IMG/VR virus record: IMGVR_UViG_3300045391_000992
Location: 1 to 64,000 of that record
Direction: 5' to 3' (one strand)
From: a virus
DNA: 64,000 nt
The notes under the pieces are model-generated. The model was not told where the DNA came from. It saw only the letters and a list, made by a program, of their open reading frames with translations, and searched no databases. A program made the translations under genes and the position numbers. Positions 15,839-22,867 of this stretch are shown here, one piece after another (position 1 is the first letter of the stretch; every line of letters starts with the position of its first letter).

Positions 15839-16148
15839 ATCGCAACAAACGAGCATCGGCGTCTTGCATTTGCTCGATGTCCTCGGCCTCCTTCTCGTCA
15901 AGATAAGTGTGAACCCACTCGACGGGCACGGAGTAGATACAATTGCCCGTGTCGTCAAAGCCCTTGCTGCGTCCGTCGCCGACTTGCACGACGCCCGGGT
16001 ATTGCTCCATCGAGTAGCAGGCTGGGATGAACACATACTTGCCGACGTGCAGCAAGATATGGAACGGCCCGCCCTCCCAGATCCAACCGTGATCGGGGTG
16101 TTTGATCGCGACGAAGCAATGCACATTGGCATTATATTCGTTGGTCAT
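15828..16148 (-). CDS. hypothetical protein (106 aa)
   Basis: Start at ATG 16146-16148 (MTNEYNANVH), immediately after the R4 SD. Confidence 0.6.
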   Translation of the reverse strand: MTNEYNANVHCFVAIKHPDHGWIWEGGPFHILLHVGKYVFIPACYSMEQYPGVVQVGDGRSKGFDDTGNCIYSVPVEWVHTYLDEKEAEDIEQMQDADARLLRYAQ

Positions 16149-16224
16149 GTTTCGTCTCCATTGGCTTGTCATCATCAGTGTGCCGAGAGCCACTCGACAC
16201 AGACGGCCCGTAGGCCGTTTCGAC
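16149..16224 (-). repeat. structured intergenic element R4
   Basis: Hairpin 1 is ACGGCC-TACG-GGCCGT. Hairpin 2 is TGTGTCGAG..CTCGGCACA, containing one G-U pair. Confidence 0.85.
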
Positions 16225-16225
16225 T

Positions 16226-16456
16226 TTATTGGAACGCTTGATCAATTATGAACGCACCGGCAGGGAGTCGCTTGCGGCGTGCCCATTTGAGATAGGCCGC
16301 CCGGGCTTGCTCTTCCGTTGCGTGCTTGCCCTTGATCGGCCAATGGCCTTCATTGGGGATGTATATCGACCACTCACGGGGTTTTGGTTTGGCCATCGTC
16401 CCGGGGTGGTAGCCTGCGAGCTTGCGACGATTGCGGAGTATCTCTGCATTACGCAT
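16226..16456 (-). CDS. hypothetical basic protein (76 aa)
   Basis: Start at MRNAEILRNRRK. Overlaps the upstream stop by 8 nt. Confidence 0.45.
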   Translation of the reverse strand: MRNAEILRNRRKLAGYHPGTMAKPKPREWSIYIPNEGHWPIKGKHATEEQARAAYLKWARRKRLPAGAFIIDQAFQ

Positions 16457-16661
16457 TGTTGAGCTCCTCGCACTTCGCCGCGATTGCAGCAACCGACGCC
16501 TCGGTCGCGATCACCTTGAGCTTCGTGCCCTTGACGAAAGAGCCTGACTCTTTCATGTCGCGCATCTCTTGCTCGGCGACCTCACGATCGTAGTCCCCGA
16601 ATTGCGGGGCCCACGTCGAGTTGGGCAGCTTCTCAATCACGCTGTAGTATTTGCGTGTCAT
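16449..16661 (-). CDS. hypothetical protein (70 aa)
   Basis: Start at MTRKYYSVIEK, directly after the R5 SD. Confidence 0.55.
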   Translation of the reverse strand: MTRKYYSVIEKLPNSTWAPQFGDYDREVAEQEMRDMKESGSFVKGTKLKVIATEASVAAIAAKCEELNNA

Positions 16662-16739
16662 GTTCGTTCTCCATTTGTGACCTGTCATCATCAGCGCAAC
16701 GGGGTCAATCGTTGCAGACGGCCCGTAGGCCGTTTCGAC
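16662..16739 (-). repeat. structured intergenic element R5
   Basis: Hairpin 1 is ACGGCC-TACG-GGCCGT. Hairpin 2 is GCAACG..CGTTGC. Confidence 0.85.
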
Positions 16740-17152
16740 TATTCCTTCCAACCACGCACCCAAATGCAAAACTTGCCGCGATTAAGCTGCACAGCGCCCA
16801 TGTCGTCGCCGTCGCCAATCGTGAAAAGGTAGCCTTCGCAGGGGAGCCCGTCTTGCTCCCAACGCGTGAACTCCTCGAGACAGTCGGTGTAGTCGCCGAG
16901 CTTGTCGAGCGTGAGCACGTCGGGCACCTTGATCGAAAGCTCGAAGCGAATGCCCTTCGTGGCTTCCATCAATTCGACGAACTCGACATTGAGCTCAGCA
17001 GGGTTGTCCTCGCCGAGCACGCCCTTGACGATCGGAAAGAACTCATGCTCGATGAACCGGCGTATACGTTGCACCTGATCAAGAGCTTGCTTCATTTGAT
17101 CGCCAATCGGGATCACCTTCATATTGCCCGAGAGCTTCAAAACGTCAGTCAT
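16739..17152 (-). CDS. hypothetical protein (137 aa)
   Basis: Start follows the R6 SD. The stop TAG overlaps the first base of R5. Confidence 0.65.
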   Translation of the reverse strand: MTDVLKLSGNMKVIPIGDQMKQALDQVQRIRRFIEHEFFPIVKGVLGEDNPAELNVEFVELMEATKGIRFELSIKVPDVLTLDKLGDYTDCLEEFTRWEQDGLPCEGYLFTIGDGDDMGAVQLNRGKFCIWVRGWKE

Positions 17153-17233
17153 GTTTCATCTCCATTTGGTTTGTCATCATCAGTGACGCGGGGACCACCC
17201 AACGTCAGACGGGCTTTAGGAGCCCGTTTCGAC
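17153..17233 (-). repeat. structured intergenic element R6
   Basis: Hairpin 1 is ACGGGC-TCCTAAA-GCCCGT. Hairpin 2 is TGACG..CGTCA. Confidence 0.85.
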
Positions 17234-17395
17234 AATCTCTTGCTTCAAGATCTCCGACGGCACGTCGCCATGGGCAACCTGACGTTGCGCAATCTGCCAC
17301 GCGATGAAGTTCGCGTACTTCGTGCGACGTTCGCGCGGGCCGCCGTGAAGCTTGATCACCGACGCGTCGATCTTCGCAATTGAATTATCACACAT
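17216..17395 (-). CDS. hypothetical protein (59 aa) whose stop lies in the loop of R6 hairpin 1
   Basis: My translation MCDNSIAKIDASVIKLHGGPRERRTKYANFIAWQIAQRQVAHGDVPSEILKQEIVETGS. ATG at 17393-17395 follows the R7 SD. Below the ORF-track cutoff. Confidence 0.45.
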   Translation of the reverse strand: MCDNSIAKIDASVIKLHGGPRERRTKYANFIAWQIAQRQVAHGDVPSEILKQEIVETGS

Positions 17396-17475
17396 GTTCG
17401 TTCTCCATTGTTGGGCTTGTCATCATCAGTGACGCGAGAGCCATTCGCGTCAGACGGGCCGTGGCCCGTTTCGAC
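17396..17475 (-). repeat. structured intergenic element R7
   Basis: Hairpin 1 is ACGGGCC-AC-GGCCCGT. Hairpin 2 is TGACGCGA..TCGCGTCA. Confidence 0.85.
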
Positions 17476-17478
17476 TCT

Positions 17479-17682
17479 TTATGATTGTGCAGCGATTATG
17501 TCATTGATCACGAAGCCGTCCGCGATCACAGCCACACGATAGTGAGTGTAGGTGTCGGTCTCGACAGTGAACAACACAACCTGGTTAGCTCCGTGTGCCA
17601 TCATTTCCTCAACAGTCAATGCCCCCGCATTATGTCGCCTTTGCAAAAGATTAGCGATTGCTCCGAGGTCAAGCTCGCTCAT
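17479..17682 (-). CDS. hypothetical protein (67 aa), first gene of the small-gene operon
   Basis: Preceded by the degenerate element R8 (..CTGATGATGACAGCCACGGAGTAATCGAACATG). Confidence 0.55.
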   Translation of the reverse strand: MSELDLGAIANLLQRRHNAGALTVEEMMAHGANQVVLFTVETDTYTHYRVAVIADGFVINDIIAAQS

Positions 17683-17787
17683 GTTCGATTACTCCGTGGC
17701 TGTCATCATCAGTCGCATGCCGCCACACATGCGAGACCAATCACCCGTTGTCATTACGATGCCGACGCGTCAGTGGTTGGTTTCGAT
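17683..17787 (-). repeat. degenerate first copy (R8) of the structured element
   Basis: Retains ATCGAAAC, a CGCATG..CATGCG hairpin, CTGATGATGACA and GGAG-N7-ATG. The hairpin-1 region is expanded and diverged. Confidence 0.6.
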
Positions 17788-18020
17788 ATGGAGGGAAACA
17801 AACATGGATCAGGGAGTGTCGCGGAGATCGCGTGTGGACCGCGAGCTCGGCGTTTACCTCGACTGCCCACGTCATTTGCGACGCGCGAGGTCTCTGCCTG
17901 ATCAGCCATGCACGTCGTCTCGACGTTCACTAGAGGGGCTGCAACCGGGTCGTTGGGTCGGTCCCCTTAATCGATCGTCGGGGGCCTTGGGGCCACATGC
18001 GAGCGTCGATTACAGGGCCT

Positions 18021-18048
18021 ATTATAAACCCCTTGTTTTATAGGTCAA
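18021..18048 (-). promoter_or_regulatory. near-consensus sigma-70 promoter facing the small-gene operon
   Basis: Minus strand reads TTGACC-N16-TATAAT, in the AT-rich part of a 480-bp gap. Confidence 0.65.
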
Positions 18049-18086
18049 ACCCAATCGGCAGTGTCTCAAGCCCTATAAAACAAGGG
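18030..18086. promoter_or_regulatory. 15-bp perfect inverted repeat overlapping the promoter (candidate operator)
   Basis: CCCTTGTTTTATAGG (18030-18044) and CCTATAAAACAAGGG (18072-18086), separated by a 27-nt spacer. Confidence 0.55.
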
Positions 18087-18160
18087 CTTTCAAGCCATGT
18101 CCCCGTTATCCACACTCCCGAAATCGTTAAAATTGTATCATTTCCAGGAAATCCGAATTT

Positions 18161-19774
18161 TCAGGCCGCGAGACGCTCCCGTCGTCGTCGCGTTCGGAAC
18201 ACGGCCTCGGCCCCAGTGTTGAGTATGGCCTTCCACAGACTGCGCCCCTCAGCGTGAAAGCGCAGAATGCTTTCATCGACCGTGCCGCGAACGATCAGGT
18301 CATAGAGTATGACGGTGCGATGCAGCGAGTACTGGCGATCGAAACGCTTCTCGGTTTGTTTGCGCAGTATGGCCCCGACCGGCGACTCGTAGTAGATACC
18401 GTACTTCGCATTCTGCAAATTCAAACCGTACCCGCCCGCAGAATTTGACAACACGAGCGCTTGCACCTTGGGGTCATGTTTGAACGCGTGGCGTGCTGCG
18501 TCGCTCTTCTTCGTCGTGCCGTTGATCGCGACGTGACCGATGCCCAACTCCTTGAGCTTGGCGCATATAACGCGCGACGAATGCTGGAACTCGTGGAACA
18601 CGATGAACTTGTGTTCGGGCTTGAATGTCTGAACGAGCGACTCGAGGAGATCGAGCTTGGGGTTTGTTTCGAACTCGAACTTCACGCGGTCGCCTGTCTC
18701 GTCATCCTTGAAGCCGATGAAGCCGGAACTGATTTGACGCAATCGCAGGAACGCGTTCTTCAGAGCTTGGAAGTCGCCCTTGGCCTGCTTCATTGCTTCC
18801 TTTGCGCGCTCGATGTATTGATCGGCATTCTCAGGGAGTACGGCCTCCTTCTTCAATCGGGTCAAGTGTGGCATCACGGTTTCGTCGGCGGGGTACGCGA
18901 TCGATATGTTATCGAGTCGCGCGCTGATCGCGCGCTTGCCCGCCTTCGTCAGCTTATATTCCTTGCCGCCCCAGTACAATTCCTTCTCCTCAAAGAAGGC
19001 CGCACGAAACAGGCCGAGCGTTTCGCCGAGTGTCTCGCCACGATCGACAAGGAAGGCTTGGGCCCACACGTCTTCCACGTCACGCCCGAACGGGGTGGCC
19101 GTCAGTATGAAGAAGCAGTTCGCGCTCTTACTCAATTGATTGCAAAGACGCCACGGGAGCGCAGCCTTGTTTTTGACGTAGGTCGACTCGTCAAGGTACA
19201 CGCCGTCGAACCGTTTCATGAGTTCGCGGATCTTGCGCTTGTTCGGGACAAGCCTGTTGATCTCCACACTCTTGCCCTTGCGTTTGCGCTTGACCTTCTT
19301 GAGGTCGCAGCACATGCGCACGAAGCCCATATAGGTTTCCACGAACGCGTCGGCTTCGGTGTTGTCCTTGAGCGCCTGCCACTTCGACTCCGTACTGCCG
19401 TGCAACACCACGCATTGCATCGATGGCGTATGCTTCTGGAAGCCCTCTTCCAGCCACTCCCATTTGTTGATCTTGTTCGGGACGAGGATCAGGTTGCATT
19501 TTGTATCACCCGCGCGCTTGAAATACTTCATGAGCGAGAGTGACAGGAACGTCTTGCCCGTGCCGGTCTCGTTGAAGTATGCGAACCGACGCTTACGGGC
19601 CCCGATCACGAAGCAGACACGTTGGTCCGATCGGAGCTTGTTCCATATGGGCGGGCGACATTCGAGTTTCCGCATCCGACTATCAATGTCGTCCTCGGAT
19701 AGGTTTTTCCACAGGGAGTAATCGCGGTGGGGCCTCGCATGAAAAGCCTTTACTGCGCGGGGGGATAGGTTCAT
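18161..19774 (-). CDS. SNF2/DEAD-like superfamily-2 helicase
   Basis: GTGKT (motif I), YLDESTY (motif II), ILTATPF (motif III), LSNSAGGYGLNLQ (motif V), QTEKRFDRQ (motif VI). Confidence 0.8.
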   Translation of the reverse strand: MNLSPRAVKAFHARPHRDYSLWKNLSEDDIDSRMRKLECRPPIWNKLRSDQRVCFVIGARKRRFAYFNETGTGKTFLSLSLMKYFKRAGDTKCNLILVPNKINKWEWLEEGFQKHTPSMQCVVLHGSTESKWQALKDNTEADAFVETYMGFVRMCCDLKKVKRKRKGKSVEINRLVPNKRKIRELMKRFDGVYLDESTYVKNKAALPWRLCNQLSKSANCFFILTATPFGRDVEDVWAQAFLVDRGETLGETLGLFRAAFFEEKELYWGGKEYKLTKAGKRAISARLDNISIAYPADETVMPHLTRLKKEAVLPENADQYIERAKEAMKQAKGDFQALKNAFLRLRQISSGFIGFKDDETGDRVKFEFETNPKLDLLESLVQTFKPEHKFIVFHEFQHSSRVICAKLKELGIGHVAINGTTKKSDAARHAFKHDPKVQALVLSNSAGGYGLNLQNAKYGIYYESPVGAILRKQTEKRFDRQYSLHRTVILYDLIVRGTVDESILRFHAEGRSLWKAILNTGAEAVFRTRRRRERLAA

Positions 19775-19840
19775 TGGCTTGTCAGTTCCTGTATCTCAAA
19801 CCCGTTAATCGGAGGCCCTTTGACGATCATACTATGGGGA

Positions 19841-19870
19841 TTGTGCGCGCGGCGGAGTTGGCCCTATAAT
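19841..19870 (+). promoter_or_regulatory. candidate sigma-70 promoter for the lone plus-strand gene
   Basis: TTGTGC-N18-TATAAT. The -10 is perfect and the -35 is weak. Confidence 0.4.
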
Positions 19871-19877
19871 GCCCCGG

Positions 19878-19891
19878 CCGCAATATTGCGG
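19878..19891. promoter_or_regulatory. 14-bp perfect palindrome (candidate operator)
   Basis: CCGCAATATTGCGG begins 8 nt after the TATAAT box. Confidence 0.45.
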
Positions 19892-19920
19892 TTTGTTCAA
19901 CTCAGAGTAAGGTGGTTATC

Positions 19921-20217
19921 ATGTCACATCAGTATAAGGATCATCGTCCCGATTCCGCCAAGGGCAAGGTCCACGAAGTGTTCGATACGAAGGGCAAGGA
20001 CGCCGCGATCAAGAAAGCGGTCGCGCTCGATATCGCGGAGTCGACGGCCCGCACGTGGTGCTCGTCGTGGAAGAACGGCGGCAAGGCCAAGAAGGCGAAG
20101 GCTGCGAAAGCTGCTCCTGCAAAGAAGCCGGCTGCGAAGAAGGCGGCTGCGAAGAAGGCCCCCGCGAAGAAGGCGAAGGCCAAGCGCGAGTCGCTCGAGG
20201 CCTCAGCGGCAGCCTGA
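19921..20217 (+). CDS. histone H1-like Lys/Ala/Pro-rich DNA-binding protein (98 aa)
   Basis: AAGGTGG 6 nt upstream of ATG 19921. Tail is KAKKAKAAKAAPAKKPAAKKAAAKKAPAKKAKAKRESLE. Followed by a strong terminator. Confidence 0.7.
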   Translation: MSHQYKDHRPDSAKGKVHEVFDTKGKDAAIKKAVALDIAESTARTWCSSWKNGGKAKKAKAAKAAPAKKPAAKKAAAKKAPAKKAKAKRESLEASAAA

Positions 20218-20247
20218 TCGTCAACGCGGCTACTTCAACTACAAACA

Positions 20248-20273
20248 CCCGGGGGTGCGGCCCCCGGGTTTTT
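20248..20273. terminator. bidirectional rho-independent terminator between convergent genes
   Basis: CCCGGGGG-TGCGG-CCCCCGGG, followed by TTTTTATTT on the plus strand and TGTTTGT on the minus strand. Confidence 0.8.
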
Positions 20274-20279
20274 ATTTGC

Positions 20280-20480
20280 CTAATCGTCATCGTCAAATAA
20301 ATCGAGACGTTCACGCTTGCGCTTGCGTGGCGGCTCAGGCTCGGGCAATCGCTCCCTGATGCGCCCGGGCGGGTCAGGGTGATATCGCAGAGGGAACACC
20401 CAACCGCACGGGCATACGCCCGGGTGCTTGGGGCTATAAGTCTTGTCGGGGAAGCCACACCAGAGCCTATTCGTCATCAT
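20280..20480 (-). CDS. hypothetical protein (66 aa) with RKRKRERL..DDDD tail
   Basis: Start at MMTNRLWCGF, overlapping the helicase stop. Confidence 0.45.
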   Translation of the reverse strand: MMTNRLWCGFPDKTYSPKHPGVCPCGWVFPLRYHPDPPGRIRERLPEPEPPRKRKRERLDLFDDDD

Positions 20481-21903
20481 CGTCGTCCCCTGCTTCGTCC
20501 TCTGTGCCCGCAAAGTCTTCGAATGCCTGCTTATACTCGCGATGCATGTACATTGAGTCGAGTGCGAATTGCCCGACCGCGTAGGCTTGGGTGACGACGA
20601 TTTGAAAACGATCCTTGTCTGATCGGTTCTTGCTGACGAACATGCGGCCCAGCCCGTGCTCGAACTCGAGGTCGGTGCAAGAGTACGTCACGACCGCGTC
20701 GCACGTGCCCATGATCGACCAGTCTTCCGCAAGGTGCACCCCCTTGGCCATCACTGCGAGCTCGCCAGCCTTTGACAATTGATGGGCCGTCACACCCGCG
20801 GCGTTGCGTTCGATCATGAGACCGCGCAGATCCTCGCAGTTCATGCTCATGCTGCCGCGAACGTTCTTGATGTCTTTCTTCAACAGGCCGAGGTAGTCGA
20901 CTATGATCACGTCGGGCACGAAGCCCTCGGTCTGCTCGAGCATGTCAAGGTATGCGCGAATGTGACTGACCGTCCACTCGTTCGGCTTGAAGCGTTTGAC
21001 GACAAGGTTCTCAGACTTCTTGCCGAATGACACCATGTGCTGTTCGAGTTCGAGGCTGGCCAAATCGTCCTCGAGCGAGAACATCGGCTTGTAGTCGCTG
21101 CGGCTCAGACCCGTGAACTCCTCGAGATCGCGTTCAAACTCCGTGATCTCGACTGGCTCGCGACGCTTCGACACGCTGAAGATCGACTGGTAATAGCGAC
21201 CAATCACCTCCTCTTCATCGATTTCCCCCGACAAGTGCGCGACCTTCTTGCGGTCCATCAGCGCGTGCTTGCCGATGTTCACAAGGAACCACGTCTTGCC
21301 ACGACCCGCGGCGCCACCGAACAGCATGAGCTTGCCGCGGGCGGGTACAAAGTGTCGCCTGTCGAGCTCAGCGACTCCCGTGCGGAACTCCGCCTGCAAT
21401 TGTTGGAGTCGTGCGAGGACAGGGGCGATCTCGTTCAGTCGCATGCCCGGTTGGAAATCGATCTCGCGCGTTCGCAGGAGTTTGTCCCATAGCTCCTCGA
21501 TCTCAGGCAGAGCCATTTGCTGGATGTTGTTGATCTTCTCTGCCGACTCGACGATCGCGCTTTTAAAACGCTGCACGCGGTGTAGGTCACGGAGTTGATC
21601 CATGACGTACTTGGTATTGAGGTTGTCGGACAGCGCGATCATGTTTCGCAGGAGTCTGCGGATCGTGTTGCCACGTCGATTGTGCTTGTCCTCGAGAATG
21701 TCGCCGAACATGTCGGCGGTGTGATCGCCCGGGGCCGCACCATACTTGCGCCAATAGTCGACGGCGCGTTCCGCAATCATACGGTAGTCGCCTTCAAGCA
21801 ACTGCACGTTGAGCATATTCGAAACGACCTTACCCTGCTCGTTGTTGTAACAGAGCAGGGTGATGACGTTCTCCTGTAGCGCGTGGTTCATCGTGTCGGT
21901 CAT
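20467..21903 (-). CDS. DnaB-like replicative helicase
   Basis: Start at MTDTMNHAL (ATG 21901-21903). DnaB-type N-terminal domain, Walker A GGAAGRGKT, and RecA-like C-terminal domain. Confidence 0.7.
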   Translation of the reverse strand: MTDTMNHALQENVITLLCYNNEQGKVVSNMLNVQLLEGDYRMIAERAVDYWRKYGAAPGDHTADMFGDILEDKHNRRGNTIRRLLRNMIALSDNLNTKYVMDQLRDLHRVQRFKSAIVESAEKINNIQQMALPEIEELWDKLLRTREIDFQPGMRLNEIAPVLARLQQLQAEFRTGVAELDRRHFVPARGKLMLFGGAAGRGKTWFLVNIGKHALMDRKKVAHLSGEIDEEEVIGRYYQSIFSVSKRREPVEITEFERDLEEFTGLSRSDYKPMFSLEDDLASLELEQHMVSFGKKSENLVVKRFKPNEWTVSHIRAYLDMLEQTEGFVPDVIIVDYLGLLKKDIKNVRGSMSMNCEDLRGLMIERNAAGVTAHQLSKAGELAVMAKGVHLAEDWSIMGTCDAVVTYSCTDLEFEHGLGRMFVSKNRSDKDRFQIVVTQAYAVGQFALDSMYMHREYKQAFEDFAGTEDEAGDDDDDE

Positions 21904-22154
21904 CACTTCCACTCCAGCGCTTTGATTTCTGCGCTCGTGTAGAGCTTGAGATTTGTCATCTTGCCCCCGGGTCGCATGTCGATTATTTCGACGCGCGACA
22001 CCTCGCCCCGATCGATGCGAGCCGCCCACGCCAGCGTCTCCGTTTGCGCAGACGATATGCCGCGGTGCGACGTTTCAACGAGCATCACGCCGAACGGCGC
22101 TTTACCCGGGTGCTTCGAGCCTGCGAAGCCTCGTACCCGAAAATCCCAATTCAT
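21903..22154 (-). CDS. hypothetical protein (83 aa)
   Basis: Start at MNWDFRVRG, in an ATGA overlap with the queE stop. Confidence 0.5.
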   Translation of the reverse strand: MNWDFRVRGFAGSKHPGKAPFGVMLVETSHRGISSAQTETLAWAARIDRGEVSRVEIIDMRPGGKMTNLKLYTSAEIKALEWK

Positions 22155-22867
22155 GGCACATCCACCAGCTTGTGCACCTGCAGCGAAAGGCGATACCCGT
22201 GCTCGAGGCACAGGTCGCGCGCCCACTCCCTGTTGCGCTGATTGGGGCCATACTCCTGCTCATCCATCGGGCTGATCCAAATCTGCACGACCGGATGTTT
22301 GGGATAGAACACGACGGAGTCCCGACCCTGATGCTGCGTTGACTTCGTCGGCATGCCCCATTTATCGCCCTCGCCATGCCTGACGACGTATTTCCACGCG
22401 CCGACGAGTCGCTCCAAGTAGGGATGAACCTTCGGCGTCTTGGGACTGCACACGATCAGGTTGCCCGCGATCGTGCGCAACGGATCGAATACAGTGTGCA
22501 GTTCGGGCAGCGTGACGGTGCCCGCAGTTTCGATCGAGCACGAGATACCGAACTCGTTCATGCGTCGCACGAAAGGCACAATGTTCTGCAGGAGCGGTTC
22601 GCCGCCCGTGATCACGACGAGCGAACATTGCTTCCGTCGCGCTATCACGAGCACGTCGTCGACCAAGGCGTGGAGCTCGATCTCCTCGCCCGTCTCAAAC
22701 TCCGTATCACAGAAGTAGCAGCGCAGGTTACACTTCGCGAGGCGCACGAATATGGCGGGGCGGCCGGAGTCCGGTCCCTCCCCCTGCAGTGTGTAGAACA
22801 CTTCGTTCACCAGCAGGTGTGTCCCGCTCTCGTTGAACGATCCGCTCACCTTGTTCTGACCGAACAT
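22151..22867 (-). CDS. queE: 7-carboxy-7-deazaguanine synthase (radical SAM)
   Basis: FYTLQGEGPDSGRPAIFVRLAKCNLRCYFCDT and ITGGEPLL. Start at ATG 22865-22867, with AAGGAAG 6 nt upstream. Confidence 0.85.
   Translation of the reverse strand: MFGQNKVSGSFNESGTHLLVNEVFYTLQGEGPDSGRPAIFVRLAKCNLRCYFCDTEFETGEEIELHALVDDVLVIARRKQCSLVVITGGEPLLQNIVPFVRRMNEFGISCSIETAGTVTLPELHTVFDPLRTIAGNLIVCSPKTPKVHPYLERLVGAWKYVVRHGEGDKWGMPTKSTQHQGRDSVVFYPKHPVVQIWISPMDEQEYGPNQRNREWARDLCLEHGYRLSLQVHKLVDVP

Noticed and set aside
13404-17787. Reading the eight intergenic repeats as a CRISPR array, as integron attC sites, or as ECF-type promoters (GAAAC ... CGTCT).
   Set aside because: The sequences between repeats are 135-1500 bp and hold ORFs with SD sequences, and there are no cas genes, so this is not a CRISPR array. 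No integrase is present and no GTTRRRY / RYYYAAC cores are seen, so they are not attC sites. The distance between GAAAC and CGTCT varies from about 11 to 19 nt because it is a variable-length hairpin, which is incompatible with a -35/-10 promoter.
17804-18043. Plus-strand 79-aa ORF with a strong SD-like GGAGGG 8 nt upstream of an ATG, inside the early leader.
   Set aside because: The translation (MDQGVSRRSRVDRELGVYLDCPRHLRRARSLP..) is Arg/Ser-rich and looks non-coding. The ORF would run through the minus-strand promoter and inverted repeat. It remains only a remote possibility that ribosome profiling could test.
18106-18114. Perfect DnaA box TTATCCACA taken as proof of an origin.
   Set aside because: About 0.5 occurrences of a given 9-mer are expected by chance in 64 kb on both strands, and only one copy is present. 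It is kept only as supporting context in the promoter finding.
19775-19830. The ATTGGCTTGTCA sequence upstream of the SNF2 helicase start (19774) as a ninth copy of the structured repeat.
   Set aside because: Only about 12 nt (TGACAAGCCAAT) are shared. Both hairpins, GTCGAAAC and TGATGATGA are missing.
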